Shown here in pieces: positions 21,651 to 30,536 of a DNA stretch of 64,000 bases. The stretch lies in contig CACEHM010000005.1 of NCBI GenBank assembly GCA_902559355.1, positions 11,755 through 75,754 of the forward strand. Reading direction: 5' to 3'. The first letter of the stretch is position 1, and the number at the start of each line of letters is the position of its first letter. The translations under genes and the position numbers were made by a program. Source of the stretch: an uncultured Gammaproteobacteria bacterium (GTDB taxonomy: Bacteria > Pseudomonadota > Gammaproteobacteria > GCA-002705445 > GCA-002716945). The notes under the pieces were generated by a model. The model had not been told where the DNA came from. It worked only from the letters and a program-made list of their open reading frames with translations, and searched no databases.

Positions 21651-22224
21651 TATATATCAAATCAAAAACAAAATTCTTCTTGGAAATACCTTTCTTTTCG
21701 AATTTAGTTATAGGTCTAAAGCCACGATTCTTTGAAAACGAAATATCAACAGAGGTTACTCTACTTATAATTTTCTTTGCCTCCAAAGCATAACTTATAT
21801 TATCAGTTGAGAAGTGGAAAAACCCATTTCTCTTAATAATTGCTAAAATAACCCTAAAAGTATACTCGTTAAATAATCTTCTTTTTCTATGCTTCTTTTT
21901 TTGCCACGGATCAGGGAATAGCATGTAAATTTGACTAATTGTATCACTGCTAATTTTTTCTATTATTTCTAAGGCATCACCATAATGAACATAAATATTT
22001 TTACTAAGTAGATTTTTTATGCCTGGTTTATATGCCTCTATTCCCAAGACTTTGTATTTAGGAAACATATCTTGCAGGGCTATAGTTGAATCACCTGTCC
22101 CAAAACCTACATCTAGAATAATATCTTTCTCTACGGCAAGAATATCTAATGCAGATCTCTTAGGTTTCTCTGGTTCCTGAAACTTCCTAGAACGAAATGA
22201 TTTATAATATACAGGCTTATTCAC
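21640..22224 (-). CDS. trmB: tRNA (guanine-N7)-methyltransferase
   Basis: [29 protein letters not shown]. Confidence 0.9.
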   Translation of the reverse strand: MNKPVYYKSFRSRKFQEPEKPKRSALDILAVEKDIILDVGFGTGDSTIALQDMFPKYKVLGIEAYKPGIKNLLSKNIYVHYGDALEIIEKISSDTISQIYMLFPDPWQKKKHRKRRLFNEYTFRVILAIIKRNGFFHFSTDNISYALEAKKIISRVTSVDISFSKNRGFRPITKFEKKGISKKNFVFDLIYIKQ

Positions 22225-22999
22225 CTGTAACTAATCCAGCTTTTGGTGAAGATGGTGAGCCTGATAGTTTTTTATCAATCCTTCCTGCTAATAAGGCTTC
22301 TCTTCCAGCAATCACAGCATATTTCATTGCGTTTGCCATTTTGATAGGTTCTTTAGCACAGGCTATTGCCGTATTCATAAGCACTCCATCACAACCTAAT
22401 TCCATTGCTATACATGCATCACTTGCTGTTCCGACACCCGCATCGACTATGATTGGAACAGTTGCGTTTTCAATTATTTCTTTAATGTTATATTCATTAA
22501 TTATTCCAATTCCAGAACCGATAGCTGAACCCAGAGGCATTACGCACTCACAGCCTATGTTCTCAAGTTCTTTAGCAACTATAGGGTCGTCTGTTGTATA
22601 GACCATTACTTTAAAATCTCTTTTTACAAGCATTTCAGCAGCCTTAATTGTTTCTACAATGTTTGGAAAAAGCGTCTTACTTTGACTTAATACTTCAAGT
22701 TTAATTAATTTTTCTCCATTTAATAATTCTTTTGCAATCTCGCAGGTTCTTACTGCATCTTCAGCTGTATAGCAACCAGCTGTATTAGGAAGAATTGTGT
22801 ATTTATCTGGAGATACATAATCTAATAAATTTTTAGAATCATGATCTTGACCAATATTCATTCTTCTTACAGCTACTGTGACCATCTCGCAGCCACTTGC
22901 CTCCAAAGCAGATTTTGTTTCATCAAAATCTTTATACTTACCTGTTCCAAGAATCAATCGAGAAGAATATTCTTTTTTATTAATTATCAGTTTACTCAA
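22217..22999 (-). CDS. thiG: thiazole synthase
   Basis: [42 protein letters not shown]. Confidence 0.96.
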   Translation of the reverse strand: MSKLIINKKEYSSRLILGTGKYKDFDETKSALEASGCEMVTVAVRRMNIGQDHDSKNLLDYVSPDKYTILPNTAGCYTAEDAVRTCEIAKELLNGEKLIKLEVLSQSKTLFPNIVETIKAAEMLVKRDFKVMVYTTDDPIVAKELENIGCECVMPLGSAIGSGIGIINEYNIKEIIENATVPIIVDAGVGTASDACIAMELGCDGVLMNTAIACAKEPIKMANAMKYAVIAGREALLAGRIDKKLSGSPSSPKAGLVTGE

Positions 23000-23001
23000 A
23001 T

Positions 23002-23202
23002 CTAACCTCCCCCTATGGCAGTAATAATTTCTATTCTATCCCCATCTTTGATAACGTGTGTGTCATGATCTGATTTAGGTATTATTATTTTATTTATCTC
23101 GACAGCATAATATTTATTTTTTATATTCTTAATTTCAAGCAGTTTTTTTACAGTTGATCCGTCAAATAATATTTCTGGCCTATTGTTTAACAAAATATTC
23201 AT
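23002..23202 (-). CDS. thiS: sulfur carrier protein ThiS
   Basis: 66 aa ending [13 protein letters not shown]; upstream of thiG. Confidence 0.93.
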   Translation of the reverse strand: MNILLNNRPEILFDGSTVKKLLEIKNIKNKYYAVEINKIIIPKSDHDTHVIKDGDRIEIITAIGGG

Positions 23203-23251
23203 GAATAATGATATATGATAATATAATCATTAAGTCATAGATAGTATTCTA

Positions 23252-23324
23252 GCCGGAATAGCTCAGTAGGTAGAGCACCGCATTCGTAACGCGTAGGTCG
23301 GGGGTTCGATTCCTCTTTCCGGCA
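23252..23324 (+). tRNA. tRNA-Thr(CGT)
   Basis: Acceptor GCCGGAA/TTCCGGC+A, D-arm GCTC/GAGC, anticodon loop TTCGTAA, GGTTCGATTCC T-arm; CCA not encoded. Confidence 0.9.
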
Positions 23325-23394
23325 CGTATTTCATTTCTTACTTCCTTTAGTTAAGTGATAAAAAAATATTTTCATGCTACATTGTCTACAAATT

Positions 23395-23410
23395 TGGCAT
23401 GTTTAATGCA
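23395..23410 (+). promoter_or_regulatory. putative sigma-54 promoter upstream of rfbA
   Basis: TGGCATGTTTAATGCA, 15/16 identical to the glnA sigma-54 promoter in this window. Confidence 0.55.
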
Positions 23411-23418
23411 GTAGATAA

Positions 23419-24291
23419 GTGATGTATAGAAAAGGTATAATTTTAGCAGGGGGGAAAGGGACTCGTCTTTATCCCACAACCAAAGCATTACCCAAATGTC
23501 TTTTACCTGTTTATGACAAACCAATGATTTATTATTCTGTATCCACACTTATGCTTGCTGGGATAAGAGAAATACTCGTTATAACTACACCTTCTGACAG
23601 AGAAAGAGTAAATACACTATTAGGTGATGGAAAAAAATGGGGTATTGATATTGTATATAAAGTTCAAGACCAACCTAGGGGAATAGCCGATGCATTAATA
23701 ATAGCAGAGGAATTTATTAATAAAACACCTTGCGCATTAATGCTAGGCGATAATATATTTCACGGTCCAGAACTTCAATCCAAACTAACCCATGCATATT
23801 CGAGCAACAACAATACAATTTTTGCTTATGAGGTACCTGATCCTGAAAGATTTGGTATTTGTGAGCTTAATGCTGAAGATAAAGTAATTAGTATTGAGGA
23901 AAAACCATCAGTGCCAAAATCTAATCTTTGCGTTACTGGTTTATATTTTTACGATGAACATGCTTCTGAAGTTGCCTCTAACATAGAGCCCTCAGCAAGA
24001 GGCGAATTAGAGATTACAGATGTAAATAAAACTTATATGAAACAAGAAAATTTATATGCACAAGTCCTCGATCAGGGATATACATGGATGGATGCCGGGA
24101 CAGTTGAATCATTTCTTGAAGCTAGCCTATTTGTAAAATCTGTTGAGCAACAAATACGTATTAAAATATCTTGCCCTGAGGAAATTGCTTTTAACAATAA
24201 ATGGATTGATGTAGATAGAGTCAAAATGATTGCTGGAGATTTAAGTAACAGCCCATACAGTGACTATCTTTTGAACATAATTAAAAATTAA
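23419..24291 (+). CDS. rfbA: glucose-1-phosphate thymidylyltransferase
   Basis: KGIILAGGKGTRLYP, YDKPMIYY, LGDNIF, EEKP, SARGELEITD, WMDAGT. Confidence 0.94.
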   Translation: MMYRKGIILAGGKGTRLYPTTKALPKCLLPVYDKPMIYYSVSTLMLAGIREILVITTPSDRERVNTLLGDGKKWGIDIVYKVQDQPRGIADALIIAEEFINKTPCALMLGDNIFHGPELQSKLTHAYSSNNNTIFAYEVPDPERFGICELNAEDKVISIEEKPSVPKSNLCVTGLYFYDEHASEVASNIEPSARGELEITDVNKTYMKQENLYAQVLDQGYTWMDAGTVESFLEASLFVKSVEQQIRIKISCPEEIAFNNKWIDVDRVKMIAGDLSNSPYSDYLLNIIKN

Positions 24292-24980
24292 TCTCTTTTA
24301 TTTAATTTAATAAATCTTTTAGATAATAAAGGGACTAATCCAAGTAATGTTAAATAAATAACCAAGCTCGGTGATATCACATTACCTGAAACTAAAATAC
24401 CGCTTAACTCATTGCCTAATAAAATTATTATTATGGTACCAGGAAGCATTCCTATTTGACTAATTAGGTAAAATGGAAGAAGCTTCATTTTTGTCAATCC
24501 AAAGCATATATTAATAATAAAAAAAGGAAATAAAGGTGACATTCTCAATGCAAATAAATAATAACTGCCATTATCTTTAAAGTTGGAGTTAATTATTTCA
24601 AAGTACTTTTTATACTTAGAAGTCATGTAGTCTCTTATAATGTATCTCGATAAACTCATAGCCACAGTCGCGCCAATTGTAGACGTGAAAGATACTATGA
24701 CTACAGCTAGGTAAAAATCAAAAACACTACCTGCAAGAAGTCCCATTAGTAAAGCTACAGGTAATGATAATGTTGTCATAACCAAGTAAGCAGCGATAAA
24801 AAAGGAGATAAACATTAGGGGTTGATTGCTATATAGAGCTTTTATATTTTCAATATTTTCAATTAGGTAAGATTTAAATTCATCATTGGTAACAAGGCCA
24901 ATAATGATTATTGATAGCAATAGTATGCTTATAGATAATTTTTTAATTTTCATAAATATTAAACTTTCTGTCATAATCAT
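24288..24980 (-). CDS. TVP38/TMEM64 (VTT/DedA-superfamily) membrane protein
   Basis: TIGATVA, LRMSPLFPFFIIN, SQIGMLPGT. Confidence 0.85.
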   Translation of the reverse strand: MIMTESLIFMKIKKLSISILLLSIIIIGLVTNDEFKSYLIENIENIKALYSNQPLMFISFFIAAYLVMTTLSLPVALLMGLLAGSVFDFYLAVVIVSFTSTIGATVAMSLSRYIIRDYMTSKYKKYFEIINSNFKDNGSYYLFALRMSPLFPFFIINICFGLTKMKLLPFYLISQIGMLPGTIIIILLGNELSGILVSGNVISPSLVIYLTLLGLVPLLSKRFIKLNKRD

Positions 24981-24991
24981 AAACTAGATTC

Positions 24992-25816
24992 ATGGAAATT
25001 AATAAATATATAAAAAATGAGATTGCCTTATTTAATAATGATTTAGATATATTTTTAAATAAATATAAAACTAATACTAAGTTGTATAAGGTCATGTGTT
25101 ACAGCATGAAAAATGGAGGGAAACGCCTCAGGCCAATAATAATTAAAGAAGTTGCAAAATCTCTAAGTCTCAATAAAAATCAGTTTCTTAAATCTATGAT
25201 AGCTATAGAACTTGTTCATTCCTATTCTCTTATACATGATGATCTCCCATGTATGGATGATGATGATTACAGGCGAGGCAGATTAAGTACTCATAAAAAA
25301 TATGACGAAGCACAAGCTATACTTGCAGGAAATAGTTTACTGACCATGGCATTTAACTTACTTGCTCAAGATTCAAATCCATCGCTTGTAGAATTACTCT
25401 CACTATTATCTGGTCATGAAGGATTAGCAGGCGGTCAATCATTAGATGTTGATACCATTGAAAAGAAATTAAATTTTAAAATAATTAAAAAGATACATGA
25501 ACAGAAAACAGCTAAATTATTTGAATTTTGCCTAGCAGCACCGTTTATTATAAGTAACAAGAGCCAAAAAGAAATTAATATGTCGAGGAAATACGGGAAA
25601 ATTATAGGTACAGTATTTCAAATTATTGATGATGTCCATGACTATGAAAATAAAGATAATGAATATATCAATATCTTAAATGTCATGGCTAAAGATGATG
25701 CAATAGAAAAATGCTACCGTTATGAGGTAGAAGCAAATTCTCTCAGAGAGAAACTCCTTCCTAATAAAAAAAACAGAATGAATGATATTTTATCGTTCAT
25801 AATTAATCGAAAATAA
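24992..25816 (+). CDS. ispA: polyprenyl (farnesyl/geranylgeranyl) diphosphate synthase
   Basis: GGKRLRP, HSYSLIHDDLPCMDDDDYRRG, GGQSLD, KTA, FQIIDD. Confidence 0.8.
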   Translation: MEINKYIKNEIALFNNDLDIFLNKYKTNTKLYKVMCYSMKNGGKRLRPIIIKEVAKSLSLNKNQFLKSMIAIELVHSYSLIHDDLPCMDDDDYRRGRLSTHKKYDEAQAILAGNSLLTMAFNLLAQDSNPSLVELLSLLSGHEGLAGGQSLDVDTIEKKLNFKIIKKIHEQKTAKLFEFCLAAPFIISNKSQKEINMSRKYGKIIGTVFQIIDDVHDYENKDNEYINILNVMAKDDAIEKCYRYEVEANSLREKLLPNKKNRMNDILSFIINRK

Positions 25817-25820
25817 TACC

Positions 25821-26645
25821 ATGACTACTACTATCATTACTGGTGCCACATCAGGTATAGGTTTAGAGACTGCAAAAGGATTAGCCAAAGAAAAACATAA
25901 GTTAATTTTAGTCTCTCGCAATCTAAGTAAGCTCGAATCTACTAAGAAACTTCTTGATAGTGAGAACAATATAGACTGTGACATATATGAATATGATTTG
26001 TCTCTTATTAGAGATAATATTAACTTTTATGAGCTAATATTAAATAGATACAGTGATATTGACTTTCTGATTAATAATGTAGGTGCAATATTTATGAAAA
26101 GGGAGGAAACCATTGAAGGTTTAGAAAAAACATTTAGCTTAAATCATATGAGCTATTTTGTTTTATCTAAACTATTTTCTCAACAAGGTAGCCCATTAAA
26201 AATCATTAATGTTAGTTCTGAGGCACATAGAAACATAAGTCTTGATTTTCATGATCTTCAAAACAAGAAAAATTATAATGGCTGGTACTCATATAAGAGA
26301 AGTAAACTTGCTAATATTTATTTAACATATGAACTTCATGAAAGACTTCTAAAATCCAAGTCAACCGTTAATTGTTTGCACCCCGGTGTTGTTAACACCA
26401 ATTTTGCTAACGATAATGCATTGCCATTTAAGATAGTGGCGAGTTTGATTAAATACTTCGGAATATCACCTAAAGAAGGCTCTGAAACAATCATGTATCT
26501 TGTTAAAAACAATGATATAAGAAATGTATCAGGACTATACTTTAAGAAATGTATGCCTGTCAAATCATCACAGATCTCTCATAATCAAGAATATGGTTTA
26601 AAATTATGGGATTATAGCGAAGAAATTTTGTCAAAGTATTTATGA
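25821..26645 (+). CDS. short-chain dehydrogenase, retinol-dehydrogenase/WWOX-like subfamily
   Basis: TGATSGIG, NHMSYF, NVSSEAH, YKRSKLAN, LHPGVV. Confidence 0.85.
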   Translation: MTTTIITGATSGIGLETAKGLAKEKHKLILVSRNLSKLESTKKLLDSENNIDCDIYEYDLSLIRDNINFYELILNRYSDIDFLINNVGAIFMKREETIEGLEKTFSLNHMSYFVLSKLFSQQGSPLKIINVSSEAHRNISLDFHDLQNKKNYNGWYSYKRSKLANIYLTYELHERLLKSKSTVNCLHPGVVNTNFANDNALPFKIVASLIKYFGISPKEGSETIMYLVKNNDIRNVSGLYFKKCMPVKSSQISHNQEYGLKLWDYSEEILSKYL

Positions 26646-27070
26646 AATATTATTTATTATTAATTACTTTTATTTTATCTGCATGTGGTTCTAGAGTTTC
26701 AGGCCAATATAATTTTCCAATGAACATATATACCTATGATTCAAATAAAAAAGAATTGTCTGCGGATTGTAAGTTGTACTCAGCTGAAACGAGGTTAAGT
26801 TTTGTAACACCACAAAAAATTAATTATCAAGCGAATTGTGGTCCAATTAATATACTATGCAAGAGTGGGACTAAAGTTGGAGAGTTTGGATTAATGCCTA
26901 AACCCGAAAGCGAGATAGAGGTCAATACTATTTTAAGTACAGGTGCAGGTATTATATTTGATAGATTAGTTGACTCAACAACACCTTTTGGAATGTTTGT
27001 CAGATACACAAATGCTTTTGATAATTCAACATGTTTGATACCTAAAGAAATTAATATAATTCTAGATTAA
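26642..27070 (+). CDS. hypothetical lipoprotein
   Basis: Lipobox LSAC; additional Cys residues. Confidence 0.65.
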   Translation: MKYYLLLITFILSACGSRVSGQYNFPMNIYTYDSNKKELSADCKLYSAETRLSFVTPQKINYQANCGPINILCKSGTKVGEFGLMPKPESEIEVNTILSTGAGIIFDRLVDSTTPFGMFVRYTNAFDNSTCLIPKEINIILD

Positions 27071-27107
27071 TACTTGTCTAACTATTTATCAGGTGTTAGC
27101 TTGAGAT

Positions 27108-27311
27108 ATGGCGATTATAATTGGTTCAATATTTTTTCTTGCAGTGGGATATTTTGCTTATACATTTGGACAGTGTGTTGCGAAATTTTCACGTTTAGAT
27201 AAATTAATCAATAAAAAAGTATTTGGAGTAGCTTTCTTAGCTATCTATATTAATTATGTCTATACAAATCAGGCAATGATCATAGATGCATTTATGGCAC
27301 CACTCAGATAA
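27108..27311 (+). CDS. small two-TM hypothetical membrane protein
   Basis: 67-aa ORF with two hydrophobic segments. Confidence 0.55.
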   Translation: MAIIIGSIFFLAVGYFAYTFGQCVAKFSRLDKLINKKVFGVAFLAIYINYVYTNQAMIIDAFMAPLR

Positions 27312-27711
27312 TTTTTAGAACTTTGACTAGCCAATAAATCACAAACGAGAGCATAGCTCCGATTACAACTATATTTATTAAAGAAGTAATAAACTTATAT
27401 TCTTGAACTTCTGAATTGTTATCTTTGTTTAAAAATGCCCCATTGACCCATGTGCCGTTATATATCCTTCCATCAGCATAAGTCCATTGCCCATCACCAA
27501 CAGGTTTTCCTTTATCGAAGTTGCCGGTATATATTTTCCCGTTAGGAAATGTATTGATACCAAATCCATGAGGCTTGTCATTTTTCCAGTCACCCTCATA
27601 AGATCTATTATTTCTCGTTGTCAATATTCCTTTCCCATGTTTAAGGCCATTTTTGATTTCACCTTTATAAATATCACCATTTGGCAGTGTTTTCGTTACA
27701 GATTTGCTCAT
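27304..27711 (-). CDS. MORN-repeat protein with C-terminal TM anchor
   Basis: Repeated YxGxxxxxxxxGxG units (YKGEIKNGLKHGKG, YEGDWKNDKPHGFG); GAGGTG SD. Confidence 0.85.
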   Translation of the reverse strand: MSKSVTKTLPNGDIYKGEIKNGLKHGKGILTTRNNRSYEGDWKNDKPHGFGINTFPNGKIYTGNFDKGKPVGDGQWTYADGRIYNGTWVNGAFLNKDNNSEVQEYKFITSLINIVVIGAMLSFVIYWLVKVLKII

Positions 27712-27772
27712 ATCACCTCATCTCTCATAATTATATCTTATACCTCAATTATTTGTTCTTCAGTAAATAGAT

Positions 27773-27801
27773 TTGACAATGGTATCCGGATACCACAATA
27801 T
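27773..27801 (+). promoter_or_regulatory. sigma-70-like promoter with a perfect 16-bp palindrome in the spacer
   Basis: TTGACA (27773-27778) followed by TGGTATCCGGATACCA (27780-27795) and an AT-rich -10 region. Confidence 0.55.
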
Positions 27802-27807
27802 AGAGTC

Positions 27808-27987
27808 ATGAGTATGAAATATTATAAAAGCCTTGAGAATAGTGACTATTACCAAAAGAATAAGGCAAATATTCTTGGAAAGAGGAGAGAATATTATCTT
27901 CAAAATAAGGAGTTAATATTAGAGAAGAAAAAGAAAAGATATTTACTAGTAAAAATAAATAAAGAGGTTTCGCGTGAGCAAAATTGA
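27808..27987 (+). CDS. small basic protein with YYxxNKE-like repeats
   Basis: C-terminal 59 aa of track ORF 27487..27987 from ATG 27808 (YYQKNKANI, YYLQNKELI); overlaps the next gene. Confidence 0.55.
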   Translation: MSMKYYKSLENSDYYQKNKANILGKRREYYLQNKELILEKKKKRYLLVKINKEVSREQN

Positions 27988-28630
27988 AAAATCCTATTGG
28001 GATATTGGTCTAGAAAATTTCATGAAGTTTATTGACGAACATGGGCATCCATTCGTGCCTGTTAGGCAAGAAGGCAAGACAAGTGTTGATGATGGAGATG
28101 GATTTAAAGCCTACACTTATGGCACTGGAAGAGATGGTGAGCCATTTTTACTTGGTAGATGGGTTGCCTATGCAAGAAGGGTCATGAAAAACCATCTAAA
28201 AAAGCCAACACCAATATCAGTCAAAAGAAAAACTGATCTTGAAACATGCGGTTTTATGTACGAAACAGATATTAGACAGTTATTAATAGGAGATATAAAA
28301 GAAAATGCTTATAAGATTGATGCGTTTATAAAACAAGTTTCTTTAATAATTTCAAAAAAACTTAAAGGAAAGCATAATGAGTTCTCTCTAGAAAGATATT
28401 TTTGGAGGGAAATGAGCAAAGAAGTTCATGATTTTGATGATGAGATAGAACCAGCACATGAATACAAATTCCCAGATTCCAAAAGAGATGAATTATCCCA
28501 AAAGCTTAAGGATTATCAGATAGCAATAGTTGGATTAGAAAATGCTCAAATACAAATAAAAAAAATTAAAAGCGATATAAGATCTATTCTATCAAGTCCT
28601 GAAAGATACTATGTTGAGGACCCATCATAA
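27974..28630 (+). CDS. protein with N-terminal helicase-associated (HA) domain and C-terminal coiled coil
   Basis: W...L..F..EHGH..VP...LGRWV...R...R..LE..GF pattern of the HA domain; GAGG SD with GTG start. Confidence 0.7.
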   Translation: MSKIEKSYWDIGLENFMKFIDEHGHPFVPVRQEGKTSVDDGDGFKAYTYGTGRDGEPFLLGRWVAYARRVMKNHLKKPTPISVKRKTDLETCGFMYETDIRQLLIGDIKENAYKIDAFIKQVSLIISKKLKGKHNEFSLERYFWREMSKEVHDFDDEIEPAHEYKFPDSKRDELSQKLKDYQIAIVGLENAQIQIKKIKSDIRSILSSPERYYVEDPS

Positions 28631-28642
28631 CATTAGGAGAAT

Positions 28643-28912
28643 ATGATAATGACGATAGACCATCAAAATATAGACATCATTAAGTTCATTGATTTTATTC
28701 AAATGATGCATGGTGCAGCTACTTATTATCAAGATATTGGGAAAAAACCTCATGAATTTATTAAAGAGTCAAACATATCAGATATTGAGTCTTATGTTTT
28801 ACAATCTCATCACCTGAGATCATTGGATGATATTACTTGGGGCGAAGCCATGAACATCGTTTTGACGAAAAAATTTCCCACCTTCTTTTCAGATTATGGT
28901 GACATGCAATGA
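28643..28912 (+). CDS. hypothetical protein (paralog A, ITWGEAMNIV)
   Basis: AGGAG SD; shares a motif with 29057..29308. Confidence 0.65.
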   Translation: MIMTIDHQNIDIIKFIDFIQMMHGAATYYQDIGKKPHEFIKESNISDIESYVLQSHHLRSLDDITWGEAMNIVLTKKFPTFFSDYGDMQ

Positions 28913-29067
28913 ATTATATAAATAAAATGCTAGGGTCAAAAAATATCGCTATTCTCTCTATGATCCTAGCAGAACAGTTTGTACCTCCGTTAGTTACGGC
29001 CTATGAGTTTTTGTTGTTTCCTCATAGGCTAAACGAGGTTTTTTTTGGGAAATATCATGACAGATAG
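28909..29067 (+). CDS. putative 52-aa ORF spanning a structured region
   Basis: ATGA overlap with the upstream stop; open to TAG at 29065-29067, overlapping the next gene start. Confidence 0.35.
   Translation: MNYINKMLGSKNIAILSMILAEQFVPPLVTAYEFLLFPHRLNEVFFGKYHDR
28928..29046 (+). other. two long stem-loops followed by a T8 run (attenuator/terminator or ncRNA candidate)
   Basis: TGCTAGGGTCA/TGATCCTAGCA (28928-28971); GCCTATGAG/CTCATAGGC (28999-29029) nested in ACCTC/GAGGT; T run 29039-29046. Confidence 0.5.
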
Positions 29068-29308
29068 ACATTATGTTTATGGATGCTCTCAACTTCTTAA
29101 GAACCTTCGTGATTTGATATCTGTAGCCGCAAGGTTTGAGGAAGAGGGTAAATCAATTGAAGACTGGCTTAGACATGAGGGTTATAAAAATATACATGCA
29201 TCAAGAAGAAAGCTTACATGGGGCGCGGCTATTAACTTAGTTATCATCCGTCAGACAAAACAGCTTTTAAGAATTAGAGAAGATAGCATGGCCGATTGGC
29301 CTTTTTAA
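29057..29308 (+). CDS. hypothetical protein (paralog B, LTWGAAINLV)
   Basis: ATG 29057 within track ORF 29045..29308; motif shared with 28643..28912. Confidence 0.65.
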   Translation: MTDRHYVYGCSQLLKNLRDLISVAARFEEEGKSIEDWLRHEGYKNIHASRRKLTWGAAINLVIIRQTKQLLRIREDSMADWPF

Positions 29309-29342
29309 ACGAATTAAAAATAATCTATTAGAGGTAAAACTG

Positions 29343-30521
29343 ATGAGAAAAAATATACATGATGACAGATGCTACCATTGCGGACAGACTCTTACTCCTG
29401 AAGCTAGAGAGCATTTAGATAAGATTGGAGGATTATTAGCCAGAACACCAGAACAAGAAGAAGCTGATAGAAAAGCTGAAGCAAAGAGAATAGAGGATTT
29501 AGCTGATGAAAGATATCAGGCTAAACTCAAAGAGAATGAAAAAACACCAGAACAAGAAGAAGCTGAGAAAAAGGAAATTAAGCAGACAATAGAAGCTGCT
29601 GAAAGTTCCGGATATAAGAGTGGTGTACGTTCTGTACAAGAGCAACTCGATGTAAAGATTAAAGAAGAGGCAGATATGAAGAAACAAATAAATGAACTTA
29701 AAGCTTCAGTAGCGGCACTATCCAATACTAAAGGTGTATCAGGAGAACTTATTGGTAATCTTCAGGATCAAAAGTTATTTGATATTCTTGTTGGTTTATA
29801 CCCTGATGATGAGTTTAAGGATTTTGGTATTGGTGAACCCGGAGCAGACATATTACATACTATTTTTCATAATGGTAAATCATGTGGAAGTATTACATGG
29901 GAAAGCAAAAGAATGGAGCCTCATAAAAGCTTTAAAGAGACTGAGTGGATAAGCAAATTGATGAAAGATAAGCTGGAAAACAAATCCAGCATAGCAGTAA
30001 TTGTGGCTAATAAGTACCCACACAAAAAAGATAAACTGTCAGGCGTAGAACTAGATTATCCACAATCTTGTTTAATAGAAGATTTTGGTTACTGGTACTG
30101 CTCTACAATTCCTCACAACATACAAATGCTATCTTTTGCATTGAGACAGCAAATTATAGCACAAGCTTCAAATCTAATTTATAAAGATCAATTAAGCGTT
30201 AGTGAAGAAGTCATGAACTTTGTTTGTGGCGAAGAATCAAGAGCAATATCGGATAAAGTTACCCTTCATAATAGCAAAACAGACGTGCACAGACAAAAGG
30301 TATTGAAACTCCAACAGGAAGCTATAAAAAATGCAGTTGACACTATTGGAACGTTGAATAAATACGATGCCGAATGTCAAGATGTACTTGATTTACAGAG
30401 TAGGTTTATCAATTCATTATTTAAGATTACGAATCAAACAGATAATTTAATTGAGAGTTCTCCACATAAAGAGCCCTTGGTAATAGATAACCCTACTAAG
30501 AAATCTAGAAGCGTTAAATAA
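29343..30521 (+). CDS. DUF2130-like protein (CxxC, coiled coil, PD-(D/E)xK-like domain)
   Basis: N-terminal CYHC, coiled coil, then YPDD..GEPGADILH..CGSITWESKR..WISKL..D..IAVIV typical of DUF2130. Confidence 0.75.
   Translation: MRKNIHDDRCYHCGQTLTPEAREHLDKIGGLLARTPEQEEADRKAEAKRIEDLADERYQAKLKENEKTPEQEEAEKKEIKQTIEAAESSGYKSGVRSVQEQLDVKIKEEADMKKQINELKASVAALSNTKGVSGELIGNLQDQKLFDILVGLYPDDEFKDFGIGEPGADILHTIFHNGKSCGSITWESKRMEPHKSFKETEWISKLMKDKLENKSSIAVIVANKYPHKKDKLSGVELDYPQSCLIEDFGYWYCSTIPHNIQMLSFALRQQIIAQASNLIYKDQLSVSEEVMNFVCGEESRAISDKVTLHNSKTDVHRQKVLKLQQEAIKNAVDTIGTLNKYDAECQDVLDLQSRFINSLFKITNQTDNLIESSPHKEPLVIDNPTKKSRSVK
29444..29566 (+). repeat. 24-bp direct repeat inside the DUF2130-like gene
   Basis: AACACCAGAACAAGAAGAAGCTGA at 29444-29467 and 29543-29566 (TPEQEEA twice, 99-bp period). 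Confidence 0.85.
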
Positions 30522-30536
30522 TCAGTATCACAATTA

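Noticed and set aside
23203-23251. TPP riboswitch upstream of thiS-thiG
   Set aside because: Only 49 bp between thiS and the divergent tRNA, with no TPP aptamer core
27487-27807. N-terminal part of track ORF 27487..27987
   Set aside because: Antisense to the MORN gene and spans the promoter; the plausible start is ATG 27808
29444-29566. 24-bp direct repeat as a mini-CRISPR or att site
   Set aside because: Only two copies, in frame inside a coding region, encoding the same peptide
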